From assembly GCA_032249235.1 (NCBI GenBank), contig JAVVGF010000001.1, forward strand, positions 434,895 to 498,894: a DNA stretch of 64,000 bases. The letters are read 5' to 3'. Of this stretch, positions 1-12,910 are shown in pieces (the stretch's first letter is position 1; each line of letters opens with the position of its first letter). The translations under genes and the position numbers were made by a program. The stretch comes from Thermoproteota archaeon (GTDB lineage: Archaea > Thermoproteota > Thermoprotei > Gearchaeales > Gearchaeaceae). The notes beneath the pieces are model-generated. The model was not told where the DNA came from, ran no database searches, and was given only the letters and a program-made list of their open reading frames with translations.

Positions 1-1
1 G

Positions 2-250
2 ATAGAAGTACCAAGCAATGCAGTAGGAATATGCTTCCCTAGATCTTCTTTATTGAGGTCAGGATGTGATTTGAGGACTGCACTATGGGATAGCGGATAT
101 AAAGGAAAGTCAAGGGCTTTATTAGTCGTTTATAATCCAATAATTATAGAAAAAGGTTCGAGAGTTGCGCAAATTATTTTTATAAGGACGGAAAAACCTG
201 TTGAGCGTTCTTATTCAGGTCAATATCAACTTGAAGGAATTAAGAAATAA
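2..250 (+). CDS. dUTPase/dCTP deaminase family protein (5'-truncated by window edge)
   Basis: Frame open from base 2: IEVPSNAVGICFPRSSLLRSG...WDSGYKG...GSRVAQIIF...YSGQYQ, matching trimeric dUTPase/Dcd motifs. Confidence 0.85.
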   Translation: MEVPSNAVGICFPRSSLLRSGCDLRTALWDSGYKGKSRALLVVYNPIIIEKGSRVAQIIFIRTEKPVERSYSGQYQLEGIKK

Positions 251-291
251 AACTCAAAGTTTATTTAGAAGATATAGCATGTTTTAATGAA

Positions 292-4471
<4,180 letters not shown>

Positions 4472-4533
4472 TCAATCTTACTTCTCTTATCATTTATTTA
4501 TACTTAAGTAAAAGTTAAATTGATCTTAATCTA

Positions 4534-5007
4534 TTGGAGATTATGACAAAAATAACAGAAGGACAAATAGCTCCTGATTTCACAGCAAAATCAATTAGGC
4601 GTGAAAACTTTAGATTGTATGATGTATTGAAAGAAAACAAGTATACTATACTTTATTTCTATCCTAAAGATTTCACTATGGGTTGCACAAAGGAAGCTTG
4701 TAGCTTTAGGGATTATTATTCCTTAATAAGGAATCTTGGAGCAGAAGTTATTGGCGTAAGCTTAGATGATATAGAAACTCATAAATCGTTCGCAAAAGAG
4801 CATAATCTTCAATTCGACTTAATTTATGATGAAGGTGGAAAGATTTCAGAACTTTATGGTGTTTTAAGGAGCATGTTTGGCAAGAAATTCGCTTCAAGGG
4901 TGACCTTCGTAATAGATAAAGACGGAAAAATAATCAAAGTATTCAATAAGGTTAATGCTGCTGATCACGGAAGAGAGATATATGAATTCTTAAAAAGCTT
5001 AGGATAA
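4534..5007 (+). CDS. bcp: Peroxiredoxin, BCP/PrxQ family
   Basis: FYPKDFTMGCTKEAC motif; likely start ATG 4543. Confidence 0.92.
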   Translation: MEIMTKITEGQIAPDFTAKSIRRENFRLYDVLKENKYTILYFYPKDFTMGCTKEACSFRDYYSLIRNLGAEVIGVSLDDIETHKSFAKEHNLQFDLIYDEGGKISELYGVLRSMFGKKFASRVTFVIDKDGKIIKVFNKVNAADHGREIYEFLKSLG

Positions 5008-5040
5008 AATTTTAATAACTACATTAAGAAATATTCGTCG

Positions 5041-5517
5041 ATGTACGTTGAACAGGCGTTTCAAGAATTAGAAAAAGTACTCGCAGATTATGGAGTAAAG
5101 ATCAAGAGCTCTAATGTCAATAGACATGTAGTCAATGATGTGTATCATGAAATGCTCAAAATAAAAGATGAATTAAAAGATGAAATAAAAAAATTAAATA
5201 TTGTTAGAAGAAACATAGATAAAAAACTAAATTCAAAAGAGTTTATTTTTATAAAGAATAATTTTGAAATAACAGAAAAAGATCTTGACCCAGAAAGATA
5301 TAAAAGCTTTGAGGAAATAAAATTTATTCTCGAAGCAAAGACCTATCATGCATACAATTGGGATAGTTTTTTAGAATATTGGTATTCATATTACGAAATA
5401 ATGAATAAAATAAAATATTTATTAAGTGAATTTAAAAATAAATTAAAATTAATAAATTATTATATGAATATAAAAGCTGATCCAACGCCTTTCATTGATG
5501 CTATCATTAAAGAGTAA
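5041..5517 (+). CDS. Hypothetical helical protein
   Basis: 158-aa ATG ORF filling the gap between bcp and the aldehyde dehydrogenase; no recognisable motif. Confidence 0.6.
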   Translation: MYVEQAFQELEKVLADYGVKIKSSNVNRHVVNDVYHEMLKIKDELKDEIKKLNIVRRNIDKKLNSKEFIFIKNNFEITEKDLDPERYKSFEEIKFILEAKTYHAYNWDSFLEYWYSYYEIMNKIKYLLSEFKNKLKLINYYMNIKADPTPFIDAIIKE

Positions 5518-5552
5518 TTCAAATATATTTATGGCTTCAGATATTAAAGTAT

Positions 5553-7124
5553 ATGAGTGAAAAAATAACCTATGTTACTTTGCTTGCAGACGAGCGAATA
5601 CATCCGAATTATGAAAAAGCTTTAAAAGAAGTTGAAAAAGAATTCGGAAAGCATCATCCCTTATATATCGGTGATGGTGAAATTTATTCATCTGAAGAAT
5701 TTGAAAAAAGAAGTCCTATCGATACTAGAATTTTATTAGGATATTTCCAACAGGCAAATGTCAATCATATAAAGGAGGCTATTGAAGTAGCTAAAAAAGC
5801 ATTTAAAGATTGGAGCTCATACGATTATAAAGAAAGGATAAGAATATTCAGAAAAGTAGCAGATACGATTGAGAAAAATCTCTATCATATCGCTGCATGG
5901 ATAACTTATGAAGTAGGTAAAAATAGGTTAGAAGCAATTGCAGAAGTATATGAAGCAATCGATGCTATTAGATATTACTGCAAATTATATGAAGAAAACG
6001 AAGGTTATGTTAAAAAAATGGGGCCTGGTGCTCCTGGTGAAATATGCTATAGCGTAGCTAAGCCATATGGCGTATGGGTTGTAATTTCTCCATTCAATTT
6101 CCCCTTTATGTTGGCAAATGGTATGTGCTTAGGTGCGCTATTAACAGGCAATACTGTAGTTTTTAAACCTACATCTGAAGCTCCGGTGGGAGGATTATTA
6201 TTATATAGAATGTATAGGGAAGGAGGCATTCCTGCTGGAGTCATTAATTATTTAACTGGACCAGGTTCTATTTTCGAAGATGAAATAACAAAGAACCAAG
6301 ATATAGCAGGTATTGCTTTTACTGGGTCTAGAGAAGTAGGTATGAAGCTTTATCGTAAATTCACAGCAAATGCTCAATATCCAAAGCCTATTATACTTGA
6401 AACAGGAAGTAAAAATCCAGTAATCGTTACGAAGCATGCTGATTTAGATAAGGCTGTAGAAGGAATTGTTAGAGCTGCTTTCGGTTATTCAAATCAAAAA
6501 TGTAGTGCTGCATCAAGGGTTTATGTGCAAAACGAAATAAAAGATATTTTCCTTCAAAAACTAATAGAAAGGACAAAGAAAATAGTTGTCGGAGATCCAA
6601 GGAAAAGAGAAACTTTCATGGGGCCCGTTATAAATAAAAGGGCGGTAGAAAATTACTCAAGATATATCGATGATGCAATTGTAGCTGGAGGAAAAATAAT
6701 ATATGGAGGAAAAGTTTTAAAAGAAGGAGATTTCGCTTATGGTTTTTATGTAGAACCTACAATAATTACCGATTTACCTCATAATCATTACTTATTTAAG
6801 CAAGAACTATTCGTTCCTATTCTTCTAATTGATACCTTCAATACTCTAGATGAAGCGTTAGCTAAAGCAAATGATACAGAATATGGTTTAACTGCAGGAA
6901 TATTTAGCGAAAAGGAAGAGGAGATAAAGTATTTCTTCGATAACATACAATTCGGAGTTGTTTATGCTAATAGAAGAGGTGGAGCAACGACAGGTGCATG
7001 GCCAGGAGCACAAACTTTTGTAGGATGGAAGGCTTCTGGTGCTACAGGAAAAGGTGTAGGAGGTCCTTATTATCTCTTGCAGTATTTAAGAGAGCAAGCT
7101 CAAACAGTAGTTAAAGAAAGTTGA
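5553..7124 (+). CDS. Aldehyde dehydrogenase, 1-pyrroline-5-carboxylate dehydrogenase-like
   Basis: SPFNFP, FTGS, LETGSKN (catalytic Glu), QKCSA (catalytic Cys), ELF, YGLT. Confidence 0.88.
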   Translation: MSEKITYVTLLADERIHPNYEKALKEVEKEFGKHHPLYIGDGEIYSSEEFEKRSPIDTRILLGYFQQANVNHIKEAIEVAKKAFKDWSSYDYKERIRIFRKVADTIEKNLYHIAAWITYEVGKNRLEAIAEVYEAIDAIRYYCKLYEENEGYVKKMGPGAPGEICYSVAKPYGVWVVISPFNFPFMLANGMCLGALLTGNTVVFKPTSEAPVGGLLLYRMYREGGIPAGVINYLTGPGSIFEDEITKNQDIAGIAFTGSREVGMKLYRKFTANAQYPKPIILETGSKNPVIVTKHADLDKAVEGIVRAAFGYSNQKCSAASRVYVQNEIKDIFLQKLIERTKKIVVGDPRKRETFMGPVINKRAVENYSRYIDDAIVAGGKIIYGGKVLKEGDFAYGFYVEPTIITDLPHNHYLFKQELFVPILLIDTFNTLDEALAKANDTEYGLTAGIFSEKEEEIKYFFDNIQFGVVYANRRGGATTGAWPGAQTFVGWKASGATGKGVGGPYYLLQYLREQAQTVVKES

Positions 7125-7342
7125 AAAAGAAGTATCCTAGAAACGAAGATATTAGAGAAGCAATAAGGAAATCTACATTTTATATAGGGCATCCTCACGA
7201 TTTTCCTGATCATATAATGCAAACTCTAATTGATGAAGGATTTGATGTCTCATTTTTGAATAGAAGAAGAATATGGAGATTATATGAAGAAATGGTCAAA
7301 AAGAAGCAAATCGAAGATTTCCTAGACGTTGTGCTAAAGTAA
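7121..7342 (+). CDS. Small hypothetical protein
   Basis: 73 aa, TTG start overlapping the upstream stop; HPHDFPD...RIWRLYEEMV motif resembles small conserved crenarchaeal proteins (from recollection, unverified). Confidence 0.65.
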   Translation: MKKKYPRNEDIREAIRKSTFYIGHPHDFPDHIMQTLIDEGFDVSFLNRRRIWRLYEEMVKKKQIEDFLDVVLK

Positions 7343-8425
7343 TCATCTTTCTCTTTTTCCTTCTATAAACTCCTCTAACATTGTTCTTGCTATCTCATCT
7401 GGATATTGAATAGGAGGCGATTTCATAAAGTATGCACTTGGACTGATTAAAGGTCCTCCTATTCCTCTGTCTAAAGCTAGTTTCATGCATCTTATAGCAT
7501 CTATTACAATGCCTGCAGAATTAGGAGCATCCCATACTTCTAATTTTAGTTCAATATTTATAGGAGCATCGCCAAATCCTCTTCCTTCAATTCTTATATA
7601 TGCCCATTTCCTTCCTTGAAGCCATTTAACATAATCGCTAGGACCAATATGAATGTTATCTTCCCCAATATCATATGGGATTAAAGAAGTAACAGCCTGA
7701 GTTTTAGATATCTTCTTAGATTCTAATCTTTCTCTTTCAAGCATGTTTAGAAAATCAGTATCTCCGCCTATATTCAGCTGGAATGTCCTATCTATTTTTA
7801 TACCTCTATCAACAAACAATTTAACTAAGGTTCTGTGTAATATTGTAGCTCCCAATTGCGATTTAACATCATCTCCGATAATAGGAACATTTCTTTTATA
7901 AAATATTTCTTGCCATCTTTTTTCTCTTGCAATGAAAACAGGTATGGCATTTATAAATCCTACTCTTGCTTCCAAGGCTTGTTCAACATACCATTTAGTC
8001 GCTGATTCGCTACCTACTGGTAAGTAGTTGATTACGAGATCAGCTTGTGAACTCTTCAATACATCTGCAACATCTACTGTTGGTGATGGATGTTTCTCAA
8101 TAATCTTTTGCAAATATTTTCCCAAACTATCATGTGTCATACCTCGCATAACTTCAACTCCTAATTTTGGTACTTCAGCAAATTTTATAGTACAATTAGG
8201 AGGTTGAAAAATAGCTTCGCTTAAATCCTTTCCTACCTTGTTCTTATCGATATCAAAGGCTGCCACAAATTCTATATCCCCAACATGATATCCTCCAAGT
8301 CTAACATGCATCAAACCTGGTACGAACTTGTCATCATCAACGTTCTTGTAATAATGAACACCTTGAACTAAGGCGGAGGCAGAATTACCTACCCCGATAA
8401 TTGCTACTCTTATTTTTCTTTGCAT
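7343..8425 (-). CDS. ino1: myo-inositol-1-phosphate synthase
   Basis: IIGVGNSAS Rossmann motif, [32 protein letters not shown]. Confidence 0.93.
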   Translation of the reverse strand: MQRKIRVAIIGVGNSASALVQGVHYYKNVDDDKFVPGLMHVRLGGYHVGDIEFVAAFDIDKNKVGKDLSEAIFQPPNCTIKFAEVPKLGVEVMRGMTHDSLGKYLQKIIEKHPSPTVDVADVLKSSQADLVINYLPVGSESATKWYVEQALEARVGFINAIPVFIAREKRWQEIFYKRNVPIIGDDVKSQLGATILHRTLVKLFVDRGIKIDRTFQLNIGGDTDFLNMLERERLESKKISKTQAVTSLIPYDIGEDNIHIGPSDYVKWLQGRKWAYIRIEGRGFGDAPINIELKLEVWDAPNSAGIVIDAIRCMKLALDRGIGGPLISPSAYFMKSPPIQYPDEIARTMLEEFIEGKRER

Positions 8426-8503
8426 AGGATAGTAAGTGAATATGCCTTTTTAAGTTTTTGAAGGTATAAAAATTCATATAAATAGATACAAAAAATTTAA
8501 TTA

Positions 8504-8791
8504 GTGGTAATGCACTTCATTTTAAGAATGTCAAAAGATAAGAGTAATGGATTTAATATAAAGGACTACATATTATACTTTGCAACGGTCGTTTTGTTGC
8601 TATTATTATATTTGTATCTAGGAAATTTCGGCAACATCTTCGAACCAGTATCGCAGTCCACTGAAAAAATTGCTTTCATATATAAGGTAACGTATTATGC
8701 TGCAGGAGTTATCTTTTCTCTTTTCGTAGGGGCTTTAATATATTTTACTTTAAGATTTTGGGATAGAGGTGAGAAAGATGGGGTTAGCTAA
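8504..8791 (+). CDS. Membrane protein resembling the N-terminal (TM1) part of cytochrome c oxidase subunit II
   Basis: PVSQSTEKI...IFSLFVGALIYFTLRFWDR resembles Cox2 helix I; overlaps the CuA gene; start uncertain (GTG 8504, ATG 8510 or ATG 8528). Confidence 0.7.
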   Translation: MVMHFILRMSKDKSNGFNIKDYILYFATVVLLLLLYLYLGNFGNIFEPVSQSTEKIAFIYKVTYYAAGVIFSLFVGALIYFTLRFWDRGEKDGVS

Positions 8792-9221
8792 GATATTTGA
8801 ATGGACTACGATAATAGGAGCTTCTGCATTATTCTTAGCTCTATCAATCATTTCTGCTATAATACTATATCAAATAAATTATCCTTTGGCGTCTGCATCG
8901 GGCAATAATAACAACAATAACTTTGAAACTATTAAGGTAGTTGCACATCAATTCTATTGGGAATTCAAGTATCCTAACGGTACTACAGCACCGAGTCTTA
9001 AGATAAAAGCTAATCAAATGTATTTGCTCGAAATAACTTCTGCAGATGTAATACATTCATTTTTCATTCCAGAATTAGGTTTAAAGCAAGATGCTTATCC
9101 TAATTATACTACAAGAATATGGCTTAATATTACGCAACCAGGTATATATCATGTGTATTGTACTGAATATTGCGGTACAGGGCATCATACTATGATTACG
9201 ATAATAACTGTGGTGAGTTAA
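8778..9221 (+). CDS. coxB: Heme-copper oxidase subunit II (single TM helix plus CuA cupredoxin domain)
   Basis: AHQFYWEF, SADVIHSF, CTEYCGTGHHTM (complete CuA ligand set); GAGGTGA SD at 8766-8772 precedes ATG 8778. Confidence 0.92.
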   Translation: MGLAKIFEWTTIIGASALFLALSIISAIILYQINYPLASASGNNNNNNFETIKVVAHQFYWEFKYPNGTTAPSLKIKANQMYLLEITSADVIHSFFIPELGLKQDAYPNYTTRIWLNITQPGIYHVYCTEYCGTGHHTMITIITVVS

Positions 9222-9222
9222 G

Positions 9223-11583
9223 ATGGAACACGAAAACTTTAAGTTTTATAAGAATTGGCGAACTCTCCTATCAACAACGCATCATACTGAAATAGGAATA
9301 TTATATCTCTGGACAGCTTTCATCAACTTTTTATTAGCAGGAGCTTCGGCATCGATAATGCGTCTCCAATTAGGAGGGTTGAACGGTATTGTGACTCCTG
9401 ATACTTATTACAGTTTAGTTACTTTGCATGGATTAGCAATGCTATTGTTCTTCGTTCCTCCTGCTTTCACTGGATTGGCAAACTATGTTTTACCTAAAAT
9501 GATAGGTGCACCAGATTTATATTGGCCAAAAATAAATGCTCTTGCTTATTGGATGTTCGCTTCAGCTTCAGCATTATTATGGTCAAGTTTGCTCATTGGC
9601 TATGCACCCTTAGGCTGGACACTCTATCCACCTAATTCAATAATAATTCCCGATCCTGGCGTTGATATAGTTATCTTAGCAGTAGTTTTAGTGGGTATAA
9701 GTACGGTAATCAGTGCTATAAACTTCTTGATGACTATAATAAGATTAAGACATCCTAGTGTTAAATTCTCACTTTCAACATTACCTTTATTCGTTTGGGC
9801 TTTTTTGGCAACCATATTATTAATGATAGTTGCACTTCCTCCACTAGCTATCGGAGGAATTATGCTTGTATTGGAAAGGCACTGGGGTGCTCAATTCTTC
9901 ATGGGTACGGGCGACTCTTTATTATGGCCGCATATTTTCTGGTTCTTCGGTCATCCTGAAGTTTACATATTAGTTTTGCCTGCATTTGGTGTTGTTTCTG
10001 AAGTAATACCAAGAATGGCAAGGAAGCCAATATATGGTAGAAGAGCTATAGCATTATCTTCAATACTCATCGCTTTCATATCTTATTTTGTTTGGGTTCA
10101 TCATATGTTCACTACCCCAACCTCCTTAGCTATTGATATAGCTTTCATGGTAACTACCGTAGCTGTAGCCGTTCCAACAGGTATAAAAGTCTTTAACTGG
10201 GTTGCAACGCTTTATGGAGGTAGAATAAGAGTTTGTTCACCCATGGTATTCTCATTAGCTTTTGTGGGAATATTCATCATAGGAGGAATAACTGGTGTAT
10301 GGCTCGCATGGATTCCTTTTGATTATGCTGTTCATGGAACTTACTTTGTATTAGCACACTTCCACTTCGTTGTATGGCCTATTGTTTTTGCATTCATATC
10401 AGGCATATATTATTACTTCCCATACATGACAGGTAAAATGTTCAGTGAAAAATTAAGTAAAGTTAGCTTTGTTTTATTAGTAATTGGAGTCTTAGGGACT
10501 TATTTACCATGGATTCAATTAGGACTTCTAGGAATGCCAAGAAGATATTATTCTTATCCTTCAGAATATGATTTCTGGCAACAAATATCTACAATCTTTA
10601 CATTCTTCATAATAACTGGAATATTAGTTTTCATTGTTGATATACTAAGGAGCATAAGGAATGGTAAGCCTGTTGCAAACAAAGAAGACCCATGGGGAGC
10701 TGCGAAGTTAGGAATTCCCGATTTCGCACCTGTGAAGCATACAATAGCTTTGAATGGTTCAGCTTTTGAATATCACTATCCTCATCCATATCCTGCAATT
10801 GTAGGTTTACTTTCTTCTGTGGCAACAGTAGGAGGATATTTCCTCTTAATAGGTAATTATGCATTTGGTTTCATGGCTATTACTGCATTCTTAATAGCTC
10901 TTGTATATTGGTTCGCAAAAGATTATCTTAGCAGCTTCTCAAAGCTAGCAAGATACTTAGCAGAGTTATCATTAGAAAAGCTTGAAAGAGCAAGAAGGAG
11001 CGATGCTTTAGTTGGTACTTTATGGTTTATATTCTCAGAAGCCATGATTTTCGGTACAGCTTTCACTGCATATTTCTTCCTCCGAGCATCCTACGTTGCG
11101 AGATTTGGTCAATGGCCTCCTGTAGGTGTTCATTTGGTTGAAACATTCCCAGTACTGGTAAATTCCATTTTCTTATTCACAAGCGGATTTACGATGCATT
11201 TTGCTTATCTCAGCTTCTCTAAAGGCAATATTAAGAGATTCAGGATTTTGTTATATTTAACCTTTATACTAGGCTCAATATTCATAGCAGGACAAATAAG
11301 AGAATATATTACTTCTGGTCTATCGATATCTGATACAATTTATGGAAGTACCTTCTATCTAATAACAGGTTTACACGGTTTCCACGTAATAATAGGTTTA
11401 GTATTCATGGTAGCGCTAATTGCTATGTTGTTAAAAGGATTTTTGAGCTTAGAAAGGAAGGCAATGGTCGAATCTGCTACAATTTATTGGCACTTTGTAG
11501 ATATAGTTTGGGTTTTCGTATTAGCTATAGTTTACTTCAACTTAGCAGGAGTAATAGCAAGTTATTGCGGTATTCACTTCTAG
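9223..11583 (+). CDS. A1-type heme-copper oxidase subunit I fused to subunit III (SoxM-like)
   Basis: TLHG, WFFGHPEVY, WVHH, AHFH, PTGIK, GMPRRY; C-terminal subunit III motifs FSEAM, HGFHV, YWHFVD. Confidence 0.95.
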   Translation: MEHENFKFYKNWRTLLSTTHHTEIGILYLWTAFINFLLAGASASIMRLQLGGLNGIVTPDTYYSLVTLHGLAMLLFFVPPAFTGLANYVLPKMIGAPDLYWPKINALAYWMFASASALLWSSLLIGYAPLGWTLYPPNSIIIPDPGVDIVILAVVLVGISTVISAINFLMTIIRLRHPSVKFSLSTLPLFVWAFLATILLMIVALPPLAIGGIMLVLERHWGAQFFMGTGDSLLWPHIFWFFGHPEVYILVLPAFGVVSEVIPRMARKPIYGRRAIALSSILIAFISYFVWVHHMFTTPTSLAIDIAFMVTTVAVAVPTGIKVFNWVATLYGGRIRVCSPMVFSLAFVGIFIIGGITGVWLAWIPFDYAVHGTYFVLAHFHFVVWPIVFAFISGIYYYFPYMTGKMFSEKLSKVSFVLLVIGVLGTYLPWIQLGLLGMPRRYYSYPSEYDFWQQISTIFTFFIITGILVFIVDILRSIRNGKPVANKEDPWGAAKLGIPDFAPVKHTIALNGSAFEYHYPHPYPAIVGLLSSVATVGGYFLLIGNYAFGFMAITAFLIALVYWFAKDYLSSFSKLARYLAELSLEKLERARRSDALVGTLWFIFSEAMIFGTAFTAYFFLRASYVARFGQWPPVGVHLVETFPVLVNSIFLFTSGFTMHFAYLSFSKGNIKRFRILLYLTFILGSIFIAGQIREYITSGLSISDTIYGSTFYLITGLHGFHVIIGLVFMVALIAMLLKGFLSLERKAMVESATIYWHFVDIVWVFVLAIVYFNLAGVIASYCGIHF

Positions 11584-12014
11584 ACATCTAAAATAACTCT
11601 AGCAAACCAATTTCCATTTTTTTCTTTTAGTTCAAACATATGCATCGTTACAGCTTTAACATCTACAAGCGTATCATGTTTTTTTGGATCCAATTTTTCT
11701 CCATATGCTTTAACCTTTGCAATTTTTTTATCATTTGTATAAATTTTTATTTCAAATTCAGAAAATAAGATGTTTTCAGTATCTTTATAATAAATTAGTT
11801 CTTGAAGAAAATTAAATAGCAATAATTCTAAATCTTGTGCTATGACTTCAAATTCCCTTACTTCTTTCCTTTCTATAGAATCTAAATTCAATACCATTGC
11901 ATTTGTTATTGCTTTTCCCGCATATCTGAATAGATCTTCAATACTTCTTGCATTAACTTCAAAAGCTAAATCTGCAATCGCTATATCTTCCAAAAATTTA
12001 TAGCCTTCGTTCAT
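11580..12014 (-). CDS. Archease
   Basis: N-terminal ADLAF, LLFNFLQELIY, VKAVTMH, C-terminal ILDV; same operon as rtcB. Confidence 0.92.
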   Translation of the reverse strand: MNEGYKFLEDIAIADLAFEVNARSIEDLFRYAGKAITNAMVLNLDSIERKEVREFEVIAQDLELLLFNFLQELIYYKDTENILFSEFEIKIYTNDKKIAKVKAYGEKLDPKKHDTLVDVKAVTMHMFELKEKNGNWFARVILDV

Positions 12015-12906
12015 TTATGATGCACTCTTTTAAATTATTCTCAATTTCTTTCTCAAATTCCTTAATTTTCTCTCCTACAAACAGTATTCTGTTTGAACTA
12101 TAATCAAATTTTTCATAGCTTATCCTTCCTGCTACGTAATTGAATAAGTAGCTTCCTTCTTGAAATATTACAAAACCTTTACCTCTATATACTCTTTTTG
12201 GTAAACCTAATAAGAAATTTTCAAATTTTTCTTTATCTAAAATTCCTTTGAATTCAATGTATATGCTATCGTATATTTCATCATGAACTATAAATTCTCT
12301 TTTTTTAACTTCTTTTTCAATGAAATAACCGAAAAACATTGAATAATCAAGATCACCATTACAATATTTAGTTTTAAATAACACCGCTCTATCGTTTATT
12401 GATCTAACTTTAGATTCAACAATTTTTAAATCATCTTCGCTAACTAAATCTATTTTATTAATCAATATGAAGTCAGCCATTTCTATTTGTATCCTTCCTG
12501 TATATCCTATTTCAGGAAATCTTACCATGCTATCTGCGTCAACAATAGTTATGATGTTATCTAGAATGACTTCTTGGATGTTTTCTAAATTCACTAGGAG
12601 AGCATCTGGTTCTGCAATACCTGTTGTTTCTACGATTATATAATCTGGCTTAACCTTTTCTTTAATCTCTTTTATTGCATATTCGAACTCGCCTGTTAAT
12701 GAACAACAAACACAACCTCCTTGCAACTCAATCATGTTCACAGCTTTTCCTTTTATTACTTCTGCATCTATAGCTATTTCCCCAAATTCATTCATTATTA
12801 TAGCTATTTTTCTGTTTATTCGATCTAAGTTATCTATTATTCTTCTAAGAAAAGTTGTTTTACCTGCACCTAGATATCCAGAAACAATTATGATTGGTAT
12901 CCTCAT
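11998..12906 (-). CDS. COG0523 (CobW/Zng1-family) G3E GTPase, putative metallochaperone
   Basis: GYLGAGKTT, NEFGE, GCVCC, ETTG, NKID; C-terminal CobW_C-like RGKG motif. Confidence 0.92.
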   Translation of the reverse strand: MRIPIIIVSGYLGAGKTTFLRRIIDNLDRINRKIAIIMNEFGEIAIDAEVIKGKAVNMIELQGGCVCCSLTGEFEYAIKEIKEKVKPDYIIVETTGIAEPDALLVNLENIQEVILDNIITIVDADSMVRFPEIGYTGRIQIEMADFILINKIDLVSEDDLKIVESKVRSINDRAVLFKTKYCNGDLDYSMFFGYFIEKEVKKREFIVHDEIYDSIYIEFKGILDKEKFENFLLGLPKRVYRGKGFVIFQEGSYLFNYVAGRISYEKFDYSSNRILFVGEKIKEFEKEIENNLKECIINERRL

Positions 12907-12910
12907 GAGC

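Noticed and set aside
8760-8795. Programmed frameshift or sequencing error joining the two subunit II ORFs
   Set aside because: No slippery run at the junction, and a strong SD precedes the second ATG, so re-initiation is the simpler explanation (not formally excluded without reads).
8904-8921. AAT/AAC run encoding poly-Asn in oxidase subunit II as a phase-variable repeat
   Set aside because: It is in-frame with mixed codons, consistent with a simple low-complexity linker.
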